Source: Candidatus Thorarchaeota archaeon (lineage in GTDB: Archaea > Asgardarchaeota > Thorarchaeia > Thorarchaeales > Thorarchaeaceae). From it: a stretch of 64,000 bases of DNA. Position numbers and translations under genes: made by a program. Numbering within the stretch: the first letter of the stretch is position 1; the number at the start of each line of letters is the position of its first letter. The notes beneath the pieces were generated by a model that saw nothing but the letters and a program-made list of their open reading frames with translations, searched no databases and was not told the origin of the DNA. Below, in pieces: positions 23,895 through 35,330 of the stretch. The DNA lies in assembly GCA_963726195.1 (NCBI GenBank), contig CAVSBO010000004.1:32001-96000 (forward strand), given 5' to 3'.

Positions 23895-26800
23895 ATGAAT
23901 GCGTCAAAGGCAACGCTGGTCATTATTTGTGTGTTGTTTTCGTTCAGCTCTGCTACGTGGTTCAGCTGTAACGCCCATACAAGCAACGACGGACACTGGC
24001 GAACCACGGTCAGTAACTGTGTTTGTAATTGCTGATGGCGTCCCACCTATTCTCAATTCGCCCTCGGACTTTACCTACGAAGAGGGCGCGACCGGGAACA
24101 CGATTAATTGGACCTACAGTTCCAGCGATCCTAACGGCACGACAGTCGAACGTAATGGAACCACAATCGCTTCGGGCTTCTGGGCTTCCAACGACACTTA
24201 CCCCTTCAACGTTGATGGTCTTACCCCGGGCGTTTACAACCATACCATTATCGTCACAAATACCTATGGGAACAAATCCGTGGACACAGTATTTGTCACG
24301 GTGATTGCCGGAACAATTCCGACGTGGAATCAGCCTCTAGCAAACCAGACAGTTGAGTACGGCAGCACATTCAGGTACAATGTCAGTGCATGGGACTTTT
24401 CAGGCATTTCGAGCTATTGGATTAACGACACTGGAAACTTCAACATTGATACGAATGGCATTATCACAAACAAGACGGCTCTATCAGTTGGCATGTACGG
24501 TCTAAGAGTGAACGTCACCGACAAGGCGACACACACACTGTCTGGCACGTTCAACGTGACTGTTCAGGATACAACAGCACCTAACTGGGCCCCGACACCA
24601 GTCGACCAGACAGTTGATTACGGGAGCCCGTTCATATATGACATAGACGCCACAGACCCATCAGGAATATCGACTTGGTGGGTTAGCGATGCAGTCAATT
24701 TCCAGATTGATGCGAGTGGTGTGATAACTAACAACACGTTCCTAGCAGTGGGCGTCTACGCCCTCCGAGTAAACGTCACGGACAACCACGGTAATCATGC
24801 GTCAGCCACTTTCAGTGTCACCGTTCAGGACATCACTCCTCCTTCTTGGGCCCCGACACCAATCGACCAGACAGTTGAGTTCGGCAACCCGTTCATATAT
24901 GACATAGACGCCACGGACCTATCAGGAATATCGACTTGGTGGGTGAGTGATACAGTCAATTTCCAGATTGATGCGAGTGGTGTGATAACTAACAAGACCT
25001 CCTTAGCAGTGGGCATCTATGCCCTCCGAGTAAACGTCACGGACAACCACGGCAACCATGCGTCAGCCACTTTCAGTGTCACCGTGCAGGATACAACGCC
25101 CCCGAAATGGGACCAAGATCCCGTTGACTGGATTGTGGACTATAGCAAGCCGTTCAGATATGACCTTAATGCTTCGGACTTGTCAGGTATTTCTGGTTGG
25201 TGGATTAATGATACGGTCCACTTCCAGATTGATGCGAACGGCGTTATCACGAACATTACCTCTCTCACGATACGAACATACACAGTCCGAGTGAACGTCA
25301 CAGACAATCATGGGCAAGTACGCTCGGCGACTTTCCACATCATCGCCCGCGACACCAGCAAGCCAGTGTGGGATCAAGTGCCCATCGACCAGTCAATCGA
25401 ATATAGAAACACTTTCAGGTATGATTTGAACGCTACGCATCCATCAGGCATTTCGGGCTGGGCAATCAATGACACAACCAACTTCCAGATTGATTCAAAC
25501 GGAGTGATTACGAACAAGACCCTCTTGGCTGTCGGCCTATATGGCCTGAATGTGACCGTCACGAACAACTTAGGCAACAGCCTGAGTGCGATGTTCACTA
25601 TAACCGTGCAAGCAAGCGCTCCACCAATATGGGCTCCAGCACCGACGGACCAAATCGTCGAGTTGGGTAACAGTTTCAGTTATCAATTGATTGCCACGGA
25701 CATTTCAGGTATCGGTAGCTGGTGGGTGAATGACACGACCAACTTTGCCATCAGCAGTGCTGGCTTAATCACGAACAAGACGTTCTTGGCATTTGGCGTA
25801 CACTGGCTACGAGTGAACGTCACGGACCGGTTGGGTAACATACAGACAGCAACATTCAAAGTCACCGTCCAAGACACTGCTTCGCCAACTTGGCTGCAGT
25901 CTCCAGTGGACCACGTGATTGAGGAGGGCTCAGCATTCAGATATGATCTCAATGCAACCGATCTATCAGGCATCAGCCGCTACTGGGTGAATGATACCAC
26001 ACACTTCACTGTTAGTGGAATTGGTGTTGTCACAAATGCGACCGATCTGTCAGCTGGAATCTACCCGCTGCGAGTCTATGTTAATGACACACACGGCAAT
26101 TCAATGTTTGACATATTCAAGGTCACGGTGCTAGCCAGCGCTCCGCCCACTTGGGATCAGCCTCTGGCAAACCAGACAGTTGAATACGGTAGCACATTCA
26201 GGTACAATGTTAGTGCATCAGACTTTTCAGGCATTTCGAGCTATTGGATTAACGATACTGTCAACTTCCAGATTGACACGAATGGTATTATCACAAACAA
26301 GACAGCTCTCTCAGTTGGCATGTACGGTCTAAGAGTGAATGTGACTGACAAGGCCACGCACACACTGTCTGGCACGTTCAACGTGACAATTCAGGATACA
26401 ACCTTCCCGGTTTGGGCTCCGGCCCCAGCTGACCAGACTGTTGAATTGGGTGATATCTTCCGGTACGACTTGAATGCAACTGATTTCTCAGGTATAACTT
26501 GGTCAATCAATGGTACCTACTTCGCAATAGATGCAAAGGGTGTCGTCAGAAATGCCACAACTCTCCCAGTCGGGGTGTATCATATCTACGTTAATGCCAC
26601 TGATCCCTACAATCATGTTCTGAGTGAATCTTTCAAGGTGACAGTTCAGGATACGACTCTGCCGGTATGGGTTCACAGACCGAGTGACCTTCAGTACGTA
26701 GTGAACGCGACTGGCAACACATTGTCTTGGACCGTCTATGACCTCGCTCCGGGCACCATACAAATCCTGAGAAACGGTACTCAGGTCAGTACACCAACTT

Positions 26801-27106
26801 GGGCAACCCGATCACAAGTCATCCCAATCAGCGTTGACGGATTGATTGTAGGTACTTACAACTACACGATCGTAATCAAGAGATGCTTCCGGAAACACCA
26901 TTTCCAACAGTGTGACGGTTCAGGTAACAGTGCCTACAACCTCGACGTCGCCAACAGGGGATATTATCAGCATAATTCTCAATTTCCTCATGAACGGATA
27001 CGTGGTTGCTGCGATTATCGTCGCGGTCGCGCTTCTTGCCGCTTTCAGGGGCCGGAAGGGACCGAGAATGTACGAACCCCGTGACATGACGCCCAAGTTG
27101 AAGTAA
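23895..27106 (+). CDS. Large membrane-anchored surface glycoprotein with cadherin-like/Ig repeats; frameshifts near both ends
   Basis: Signal peptide MNASKATLVIICVLF; nine ~87-aa repeats; many N-x-S/T sequons; C-terminal TM YVVAAIIVAVALLAAF followed by a basic tail. Confidence 0.85.
24316..26660 (+). repeat. Nine tandem ~261-bp coding repeats
   Basis: Units at 24325 and 26152 are 1827 = 7 x 261 bp apart and about 90% identical. Units at 24586 and 24847 are near-identical. Confidence 0.9.
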
Positions 27107-27245
27107 GCGATTCAGAGCGACTCCGGAAGGAAAACACCGGAGCGCCCTGTCGCCCTGTGCAAAGGCTTGGGATTCACTCAGGCCTCGCACTGGACGATAT
27201 TTGGCTCCGCATGTTTAAGAGCGGCTCCGGACAACGGTAAGTCCA

Positions 27246-28781
27246 GTGGCACAGGGGCGGCTAGTCATGAAACCAAGCTCTGCGACCAGCTCTTCTCGGA
27301 TGAAACACGTAGCTTGGCTTTCTTCATTTCCACCAAAGCTCGTTGTCTTCTGCATTATAGCGTCCCTGCTGGTTGCGATGTCTACTGGCTCATTCCCCGC
27401 GACAACACAAAGCATGAAGCATTTCGGCCCTACGGAGGTCTTGAGCGACTATCTAGCGCATGACCCGATAAGCATCACGAGTAATGCAGATTTCGTGTCG
27501 CAGGGATGGCCAGGTGCTGGAACAAGAGAAAACCCGTACAGGATAGAAGGTTGTAGTATTACTAACGACTCCGTTTGTGTCAGTATCGTCAACACAACTT
27601 CGTTCTTCATTGTGAGGGACTGCATACTGACCGGAGGAGAAGGGTACCGGCGTACGGCATTATACTTCGACAACGTTACAAATGGAGCTGTGCTTGACTG
27701 CGTTTTTTCGACGGTCTATGCTGAGACAGGTATTTCGGTGGTAGGTTCATCGAGTAACGTCACCATTCGAGGAAACACAATCCAATCGTATAGAGACGTA
27801 GGCATCGGAGTCTCTGGGAGCCAGTCGGTTTCAGTCGTCAACAATACAATCGCGCACTGCAGATTCGGTATCTTACTTTTCGACGCGACGGGGTGCGATG
27901 TCTCCAACAATAGCGTCTTAGGCAATTGGGAAGGGTTGCTGATGTATGGGGTCCGTAGCTCGCGATTCATCGGGAACTCCTTTGCGAACCACCTCTTTTC
28001 TGGCGTCGATGTGACTAGAGATTGCTTGAACAACGCGTTCTCCTCGAATGTATTCCGTGCAAACCGCTTGAACGCAATCGATTATGGCAACGGCAATACT
28101 TGGACGGGCAACTGGTGGGATGACTACATCGGAATTGGGTCATATCCAATCCCCGGGACTGCAGGGAGTGTCGACTTCTCGCCGCAACCCCAGAATCCAA
28201 CTCTGATGGGATTGGTTGCAGTATCCATCGTTCTTGGCGCGGTTTCTGTCTCCTATCTGGTGATCCGTATCAAGCGGAAGGTGACTTCTGCTACCCGCGT
28301 TCATCCCCCATTAGCTGACTGGGATATGAAGGAACGACTTGTGCTTCCCATGGTTCTGTCGTTACTCCTTCCAAGCGGTATCAATGTACATCAATGGCCA
28401 TACAATCCTGCTCTCTGGTCTGTCGGACTCGTGGGGATGCTGGGGCTCCTCTCGGTTTCTTTGTACCCCTCTGGTCAGACTCTTGGCCTCGTGCTTTACT
28501 TCCCGTTCAGTGCTCTTGATTCTCCTAGTTCCATGCCCTACTTCGGGCTAACTCTTCTCTATTGGATTGCATTCGGACTACTCTACTTTCTTGTCTTCCT
28601 CGCCCTCCTGCACTACCTCTGGCTTGTCTTGGAAGGCAAGATGGGAATCCAAGTCCTGAGAAGGATAGCATTTGGCACTTTGTTGCTTTTCCTCTTGCTG
28701 GGTGTGGCCACCGCAACCATACCGTTGCCTTTTGTGCCGCTGAGCTGTGCTGCTGCAATTGTCAAGAGTCAAGAGCCCTGA
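27246..28781 (+). CDS. NosD-type right-handed beta-helix protein with C-terminal TM segments
   Basis: HDPISITSNADF..QGWPG.GT..NPYRIE, parallel beta-helix repeats, GNWWDDY, PIPG.AGSVD..P. Confidence 0.85.
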   Translation: MAQGRLVMKPSSATSSSRMKHVAWLSSFPPKLVVFCIIASLLVAMSTGSFPATTQSMKHFGPTEVLSDYLAHDPISITSNADFVSQGWPGAGTRENPYRIEGCSITNDSVCVSIVNTTSFFIVRDCILTGGEGYRRTALYFDNVTNGAVLDCVFSTVYAETGISVVGSSSNVTIRGNTIQSYRDVGIGVSGSQSVSVVNNTIAHCRFGILLFDATGCDVSNNSVLGNWEGLLMYGVRSSRFIGNSFANHLFSGVDVTRDCLNNAFSSNVFRANRLNAIDYGNGNTWTGNWWDDYIGIGSYPIPGTAGSVDFSPQPQNPTLMGLVAVSIVLGAVSVSYLVIRIKRKVTSATRVHPPLADWDMKERLVLPMVLSLLLPSGINVHQWPYNPALWSVGLVGMLGLLSVSLYPSGQTLGLVLYFPFSALDSPSSMPYFGLTLLYWIAFGLLYFLVFLALLHYLWLVLEGKMGIQVLRRIAFGTLLLFLLLGVATATIPLPFVPLSCAAAIVKSQEP

Positions 28782-28861
28782 GACAAAGTGAATCACTGGC
28801 CAGTTGTTAGGCTGAGAAAGGGCAATGCAACTGTCAGTGCTTCCTGGTTTTGGCTTGATGG

Positions 28862-29404
28862 CTAGCGACTTGGGCTCTTCCTTCGAATTTTCATCTCCTC
28901 AGTGAGTTGCCAAGTTTTCCCATTGTCATGTGTTTCCACCGAACGCCATCGAAAGGACGTCGGCTTAACCTGGGAGAATATCCAATTCTCTGGATAGCCC
29001 TCCTTCGTTTTGCCCTCAAGTACAATCTCGTCGTTAGTCTTTCGCGCTATGAATGTTCGAACGACACCTTGTTTTGGCTCAATCCAGATAACATGCCATG
29101 CGTCAATCTTACCGTCATAGAAGCGTACCGTCGTCCCATCGGGAACGGCTCTGTGAAGATTCTCGTCGTAAGTCATCCAGACATCTTGTACAGCTCTGCC
29201 ATCAAGAATCCATCCGAAATGAACTTCTCCCCTGTGCCTAATCTCAGTTCCATCTGGCTGTGGATATCGGTCCTCGGTGATATCCCAGTCTCCAATGAAC
29301 TGGCCGAAGAGCATCAGTTTCTCTTTCAGTCCTGGGTTTGGGCCGTCTGCACCTAGACCTTCGATTGCCCATGCAGTTCTCTGTTCTCTTGCTCTGCCAC
29401 CCAT
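28862..29404 (-). CDS. Conserved beta-barrel protein (DUF1579-like)
   Basis: LFGQFIGDWD, FGWILDGRAVQDVW, GTTVRFYD, WIFS...SFRWR, D.GKTW. Confidence 0.7.
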   Translation of the reverse strand: MGGRAREQRTAWAIEGLGADGPNPGLKEKLMLFGQFIGDWDITEDRYPQPDGTEIRHRGEVHFGWILDGRAVQDVWMTYDENLHRAVPDGTTVRFYDGKIDAWHVIWIEPKQGVVRTFIARKTNDEIVLEGKTKEGYPENWIFSQVKPTSFRWRSVETHDNGKTWQLTEEMKIRRKSPSR

Positions 29405-29921
29405 TTGAGATCGCTTCATCGTCGAGGGGATTCCAAGTAGAATAAGACCATTGTGGCTGCAGGCAGAATTCTCGCTGCCCCGTTGAGGAACTCGGCGCAT
29501 CGAGCGCTGATTCGCAAGGTTCTCTTGGTTGCACGTGTGCAAAGCCTACCAACAAGGGTAACCCAATCATGCTTTTGAATGAAGCTCAGCGTGCTGAATG
29601 AAGGTAGGAAATGAGAATAAGTGAACAGACCAAGAGAGCCTTCAAATCTAGCTTGCATTCGCTTTTTGTAATTGCCGGCCTCTTCGTGGGTGCGGCGTTG
29701 TCCTAGACATTGGTCTCCCTAGACCCGGAGCTGGTTGTTCAGTGTGACGGGTGGTTTCTAGTCATTTGCTCTTCTGTGGGAATGATACTGACTTCTTGCT
29801 GTCTAGACTCAGTGCTGTACCATCCACATGGACAGCTTGGGACATGATTCGCTCTGATGGCCGGACCACACATTTCGAAAGCAGAACAACTAAATATAGC
29901 ACTGCGGATCTAAGATGAGAA

Positions 29922-30827
29922 GTGGGCAAGATGGTCCAAGGCAAGTTGGGTCAACTAGAACTTGCAGAACAGCTGCTGGATCTCCTGAATGGGCGTCTCA
30001 CGATTCGGATGCCTCCGGGCGCTAGGCTCGAAGCGCGGCGTGAGGACATTATGTCTCCCGCCGAATCAGCGGAGCAAGAGTCCCGAGTCATACTGGACGC
30101 AGGCGATGAACGCTTCGTCGTCATGGTATACGAGTCTTTTGAGACGGCCGGCAAGGACTTTGAGAAGCAGGTCAGGAAGATGGTTGACACGTGGGAGATG
30201 GGTGGCACTGCGATAGTGGCGCGCGAGGGGGGCGGGTTTCTCATTTCACCCACAAAGCTGAATGTTCGCAAAACCACCATTCCGGTCCTCTTTGTGGTCA
30301 TGAGCCACAAAGACGGCCTAGTTCAACTAGTTCAGTTCTTTGTCAACCACAAGGCGGGTGCGGATGCGGCGGGCTGCACAAAGCTGGCTCGTTCGGTCGC
30401 CGCGACCATCGCCCTCGGCAGCAAGGTGCTTGATCTCAAAGGCGGCCAGCGCAAGATTGGAAGATTCACCACCACAGTCCCCGATGGATACGCGCTCACG
30501 ACACAGCGAGGACCAGATTTTGTGGTCTATCGGCTGCAGAAGGTGGTCCCCCTCGGAGCGCCCAGTTCCCAGTTTGGCGTCTATATCGGCGGGCACCCCG
30601 GCTACCACCATGAGCATGAAAAAGTGAAGTTCACCAAGCTGAAAGAGCAACTGCTGGGCACCGAGGTCGAGTGGCACATATGGTCCACAGGGAGTACCAT
30701 TCACCACGAAGTAATCGTTCCATCTTCTTCTGACGCCGGCACAATGCTTCATATCTTCCTCGCTTCTTCGAGCACATCTGACATTACGCAAATGCACGCA
30801 ATCGCAGAATCCCTCATGGCAAAGTAA
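29922..30827 (+). CDS. Hypothetical protein (GC-richer than neighbours)
   Basis: Clean 301-aa ORF with an upstream TATA-like ACTAAATA; no motif recognised. Confidence 0.65.
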   Translation: MGKMVQGKLGQLELAEQLLDLLNGRLTIRMPPGARLEARREDIMSPAESAEQESRVILDAGDERFVVMVYESFETAGKDFEKQVRKMVDTWEMGGTAIVAREGGGFLISPTKLNVRKTTIPVLFVVMSHKDGLVQLVQFFVNHKAGADAAGCTKLARSVAATIALGSKVLDLKGGQRKIGRFTTTVPDGYALTTQRGPDFVVYRLQKVVPLGAPSSQFGVYIGGHPGYHHEHEKVKFTKLKEQLLGTEVEWHIWSTGSTIHHEVIVPSSSDAGTMLHIFLASSSTSDITQMHAIAESLMAK

Positions 30828-30939
30828 CTGCCAGTTCTCCAAACCGCGGCAACTGCGCAAGCCGGGGAATCCCAGCGTAGCCTTCCTGACAAGAAGAGCG
30901 TTAGGGTCTTATAGGCGACTTCCCTCAGGCCAATCGACT

Positions 30940-31200
30940 ATGACGCGGCTAGAGATAACTGACACTGTTCTGCGTGATGCCCACCAATCCCTCCTCGCCA
31001 CGCGGATGAAGACAGAGGATATGATTCCTATCTGCGAGAAGCTCGACAAGGTGGGATACCATTCGCTTGGGATGTTCGGCGGTGCCACCTTCGACACCAT
31101 GATGCGTTCCCTCGATGAGGACCCCCAGAGCAGCTTGAGACCCTGCGAGGTGCACCACCTTATGCGAATCTGCAGGCGCCTCTGCGGGCAGTATGTCATG
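30940..31200 (+). pseudogene. Truncated, diverged duplicate of the 5' end of the pycB/oadA-like gene at 37084
   Basis: 58 of the first 62 codons encode identical residues; decayed and frameshifted homology continues to about 31200. Confidence 0.9.
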
Positions 31201-33050
31201 TCCCTGAATCCGAGTCATCGTCTTCAAATGTGATTCCATCGAAAAACAGATTTCCCTGTGTCTTCTTGGCCGCCTGAATTCTGGTCAGAAACCTCTGAAG
31301 CTGTCTGGTCTTGTGGGGAGAATTGTGCATAAACGTATATATGTCTCCGACCTCGATTTCGGAATCCTTCAGAGTTCTGATGGACTGCCGCAGTTCCTTG
31401 TCTGCGAGATTCTCTGCAGCTATAACCTTGCAGTGCACTTGACACTCCGCGGACATGGTCTTCTCAAGAACTTCTTCTTTGCCTTAATCTCCTCCACAAG
31501 TTTGCCAATGGACTTGGGCGAACGAGGAATGCTCTTCTGACATTCAATGACAAAAGTGTCTTGGTCCTTCCAAGCTAGCACGTCGATTTCCCGATTCCCT
31601 GTTTTCTTGTCACGATATCTCCATTTGACATGATAGCCTTCTTCTGCCATGCATGTTGCCACGAAAAGCTCGATGAATACTGCGGAGAGCTCATCACTGT
31701 CGTCCATTATGAATGTGGCTAGTTCGGATCTTGTCAATGAGCCGTCAAGTGACTTGCTCTTTTGCTCGATTTGACCCTTCAAATAGCGCTCGAATTGTGG
31801 TCGTGCCACCGAAATCTCATGGACTTCCACTAGGTCGCCTAAGCGTTGTATTGTCTCCTCAGCGATTTTCATCATGGACCTGGCTCCGCCTGTGAAGTTG
31901 TTGCATGAATCTAGGTGCACAATCCAACCTGAAGCATCGCTCCAAACCGTGCCGTAACATGGCAGTAAAATAGCATAGCTGATGTCGGCAGCCTTAGGGT
32001 TTCCGATGGTCGGATGCATTATTCGTCGAACTTGAACGGGACCTTGCGCTCTGCCGTCCGCATACATCCTTGCCAGTCCCTCGAGAAGGAAGGCAAATGC
32101 CGGGTCCCAGGATACAGAACAGAATCACCGCCATCCAGAACCTGTATGTTGTACCAAAGAAACTCAGCATCAAGCTGGCTCTCTGTCGAATCTCTGGTAG
32201 GCACACGGTATGGTTCAAGGATGGGGGCCAGAATGCTAGCATTCGGAGTTGGCATCTCCACTATCACATCTGTAGTGGCAAGTCCGAGGCATCCTTCAGC
32301 TTCAGATATTCGATTACGCACTACCTTGTCGTAAAGTGCGCCAAAATCTCCCCAGTCCTTGCATGCCAATATGTCTGTGCAAGGGTTGCAAGTCACGACA
32401 GCGTCGGCTACGTGTTGCCAGAGATATGAAAGGCCCTCTCTATAGCCTTCAAACATGCGTTCAAAGAGCCCGCCCCTCTTGAATGCGGCTGTTCGTTTTC
32501 CAAATCCAAAATCAGTGATGCCTGATTTAAGCGGCATCTTCAGCGTTCTCTGCTGAGTCAGGCTCGCCAAGAACTCCATCGAGCAGAAAGCCAATCCCCG
32601 TTCTTTTGACACATCCTTCGCTCGGCCACGAAAGACCGGAATGCTTTCTCGGATACCCCTGAGCGCGGATAAGTAAGGCCCAAAGCCTCGTTTATTTGCA
32701 TCAAAGAACTCGTCGCAATTCTGCGCCTTAAGAGATTCTGTGACTCTCGAATCCAAACCACGCAGAACTTGTGCCAATTCCGAATCGCTTGGCACGAGCC
32801 GCGCGGCACACCCAACGAACACGGCCCTCTTAGTCATCAAGTCCCGCTCCAGATAGAAAGGCGGTCCGTCTTCAAACACCCACTTCTGTTTGTCAACTAC
32901 CGTGTTAAGTAGGAGTTTCAATCCAAGAAGCAACTTGCCAGATTGACCATGTACGAGACTCTGCGCGTTGAGAAAATCGAGAAACGGCTCATAGGCTGCA
33001 AGACTCAAGCGATGACGAGCCTCCAAACAGCTGGCCCAAAGTGTAAGCAT
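31196..33050 (-). CDS. Large hypothetical protein with C-terminal PD-(D/E)XK (Mrr-like) nuclease domain, two frameshifts
   Basis: Three chained ORFs; [13 protein letters not shown]...REIDVLAWK...FVIECQ. Confidence 0.65.
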
Positions 33051-33316
33051 TCATACCGGTCGAAGTAGGCTTGCTCAACTCGCACTCACCTAAGGTGTCT
33101 TAATCGCGTTTCCCTTTTGAGCTCTTCCTCGTGATAGAGCCAAGGCTTTTTCCATGAGTCAATATCATGATTGCCGGGGATGAAAAGACAAGAATGAGTC
33201 CGTCCACAGGATACTTGAGCGGCGGTGCATGCGACCTAGCGTGCGTTCTGCGGGATTGCGGACCGCAATCAGTGTCGACGAGGCTATACAGCAGCAGGAC
33301 TCTTCAGAGTAGTGTG

Positions 33317-34036
33317 CTAGTCGCTTTCAGTCTTTGCCAGAGTTGTGGCCAAACCTGCTGCCTCAAGAAAGTACCCTGCTAGGGAAATAGAGACTGCGTC
33401 GCCAGTGATAACGTAAGCCAAGGCTCCGGCGATTGGGGGAAGAAGAAGACACATGAGAATCACTGGGTAACCGATTCGTTTCTTCTTTGGCTTTGAGGCT
33501 CTTATCGACGTCACTCCCGCTGATGGGGACTCAAGGGCTTCCATACTTTCCTTGCTTCCACCCTGTCTGCTTCCTAGACACGGTTCGTACGGCGGTTTCT
33601 GTCTTCTAACTGGAATCCAAGCTATTCTGAGATGAATGACCTTCTCTTTGGTCTGTGCGTTCTCATTTGAGAGGACCACACCATAACTACCGTCTCGCGT
33701 GAAGGTGTATGTGTCTTCAAAATCGTTTATTGAAAACTCTCCAATGAGTGCTCGTTGTGCTCTGTATGCCTGCTCTAGTATGTCCTCCGTTGGCAGAAGA
33801 AGGATGTCGAAGGAGCCTCCGTTTTCTTCCCAGGCAGACACTTCGACAGTGGATCCACTTCTTGCCTCGAAGTGGACATCATCCCACTCCCCGGGAGCCA
33901 GCATTATCGTCTGAGAGTATTTGTTCCCTTTGAACTGCCGGACCACGTTCAGCGCTTCACCTCTGGTACTGTTTGCTAGTTGACAGTTGTGATGATTGGG
34001 GGCTTGATCACAGGTCATGTTCTGTAGTTGCAGCAT
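33317..34036 (-). CDS. Beta-sandwich (GOLD/p24-like) domain protein with two C-terminal TM helices; start uncertain
   Basis: GSTVEVSAW...GGSFDILLL...YTFTRDGSYGVVLSN...KVIHLRI, then KKKR followed by two hydrophobic helices. Confidence 0.55.
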   Translation of the reverse strand: MLQLQNMTCDQAPNHHNCQLANSTRGEALNVVRQFKGNKYSQTIMLAPGEWDDVHFEARSGSTVEVSAWEENGGSFDILLLPTEDILEQAYRAQRALIGEFSINDFEDTYTFTRDGSYGVVLSNENAQTKEKVIHLRIAWIPVRRQKPPYEPCLGSRQGGSKESMEALESPSAGVTSIRASKPKKKRIGYPVILMCLLLPPIAGALAYVITGDAVSISLAGYFLEAAGLATTLAKTESD

Positions 34037-34049
34037 ACGTTTATATGCT

Positions 34050-34060
34050 ATATCACATTA
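34050..34060 (+). promoter_or_regulatory. ATATCACATTA box upstream of wHTH paralogue 1
   Basis: An identical 11-mer occurs upstream of paralogue 2 in the same relative orientation, next to a TATA-like TTTATAT. Confidence 0.5.
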
Positions 34061-34085
34061 GAATATAGGAGTTAATGGAACAACC

Positions 34086-34736
34086 ATGAGAACAGCATTC
34101 GAAGTGCCACCGAAAGAAGGCGATATATTGGTGTGGTTGCTAGAACATGGTCACAATATTGCGTACCAGATAGCGAAATCCTCGGACCTAAAGCAGAGTA
34201 CAGTTTACGCGAATCTCTCGAGACTCGAACAAAAGAGAATGGTAGAATCAAAGGAACTTGAGGGCAAGAACAAGACGAAGGGAGAAAAGGAATATGCTCT
34301 CACAGTTCAGGGTCTTGCCTATGCTTTCATAGAATCTGCAAGGCGAAAGAAATGGAGTCCAAAAGCAGACACGTGGGCATATCTTCTTCCTCTCATATTC
34401 GGGAAATGGCAGCTTTTCGTAGACGGTGGATTTGAACACGATATGCAGGAACGTCTTGTGTCGACTAGCTATTTCTTCATCAGCATGTATGTTTGGGGTG
34501 ACGATGATCTGAAAAGAGAAACAGCAACAGACAGGTTTCAGTATTCGTTCTATGCTTTGAATGATGAGGCATTAGATGAGGAATTTCCTAAAGAACTCAA
34601 GCAGTTGAGGCGATTATACAGAATCTCTGCCAAGGACAGAGAAATACATCACTTCATCACCCAATACTTGAACAATGAGATATCGCAGCTGTCCAAGAAG
34701 AACGGGACCTTCCAGAGCCTAAAGGAAATCCTCTAA
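34086..34736 (+). CDS. Winged-helix (TrmB/MarR-like) transcriptional regulator
   Basis: ILVWLLEHG.NIAYQIAK....KQSTVYANLSRLEQKRMV...EYALT.QG. Confidence 0.8.
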   Translation: MRTAFEVPPKEGDILVWLLEHGHNIAYQIAKSSDLKQSTVYANLSRLEQKRMVESKELEGKNKTKGEKEYALTVQGLAYAFIESARRKKWSPKADTWAYLLPLIFGKWQLFVDGGFEHDMQERLVSTSYFFISMYVWGDDDLKRETATDRFQYSFYALNDEALDEEFPKELKQLRRLYRISAKDREIHHFITQYLNNEISQLSKKNGTFQSLKEIL

Positions 34737-34801
34737 CCGCTCGGAGAAGCAACCGAAAACACAGGCCGTGCCTGTCGAAGAGGCTAGGCACTGGGAGGCG
34801 C

Positions 34802-35314
34802 GTGATGCCGCAAAGCTCCTGCCAGGCGACGACCGCTGACTCAAGCAAGGACATTGTACCATTGGATAGTGATGCTCTGGCAGAGGTGTACTCCAACCAC
34901 AAATCCAAGATAATGCTCTCCCATATGCTTGCTTTTCAAGCGTTTCTGCCGGACCTGATCAGGCACGGTTTCATCGATGCTGATGAGCTTCTAAAAGAAG
35001 CAACCCTTACGTTCGAAAGCGAGGCCCTACAAGGGATGGCCGACGATAGTGCGGAGATGGAGGACACGCGTCAGAAGGGCATGTATGTTACGATTTCGGA
35101 AGAGGACGATGGTTCGCTCACGGTTACATCACCCGACGACATGAGTAGAGAAGATACGATGGCCCTCCTTGAGAAGGTGGTGGATTTACATCGCTTCCTC
35201 ACCTTCGTGATTGACACAATAATGAGCAATAAGCAAACACGAAACTCATTCCGAAAAGCTGTGAAGCAGATTATCAGTGAAGCAGCAGCACCAGACGCTG
35301 ACTGCCAAGTGTAG
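34802..35314 (+). CDS. Acidic hypothetical protein
   Basis: 170-aa ORF between the two convergent wHTH genes. Confidence 0.55.
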   Translation: MMPQSSCQATTADSSKDIVPLDSDALAEVYSNHKSKIMLSHMLAFQAFLPDLIRHGFIDADELLKEATLTFESEALQGMADDSAEMEDTRQKGMYVTISEEDDGSLTVTSPDDMSREDTMALLEKVVDLHRFLTFVIDTIMSNKQTRNSFRKAVKQIISEAAAPDADCQV

Positions 35315-35330
35315 CTGCATTTTACGGTGA

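Noticed and set aside
24316-26660. Near-identical repeats as a DGR template/variable pair
   Set aside because: Both copies are in-frame domains of one protein, the differences are not adenine-specific, and there is no reverse transcriptase in the window.
27119-27190. Hairpins (ctccgg...ccggag) as a SECIS element or SRP RNA fragment
   Set aside because: No in-frame TGA selenoprotein candidate nearby and the SRP helix-8 consensus is not met. More likely a terminator-region structure.
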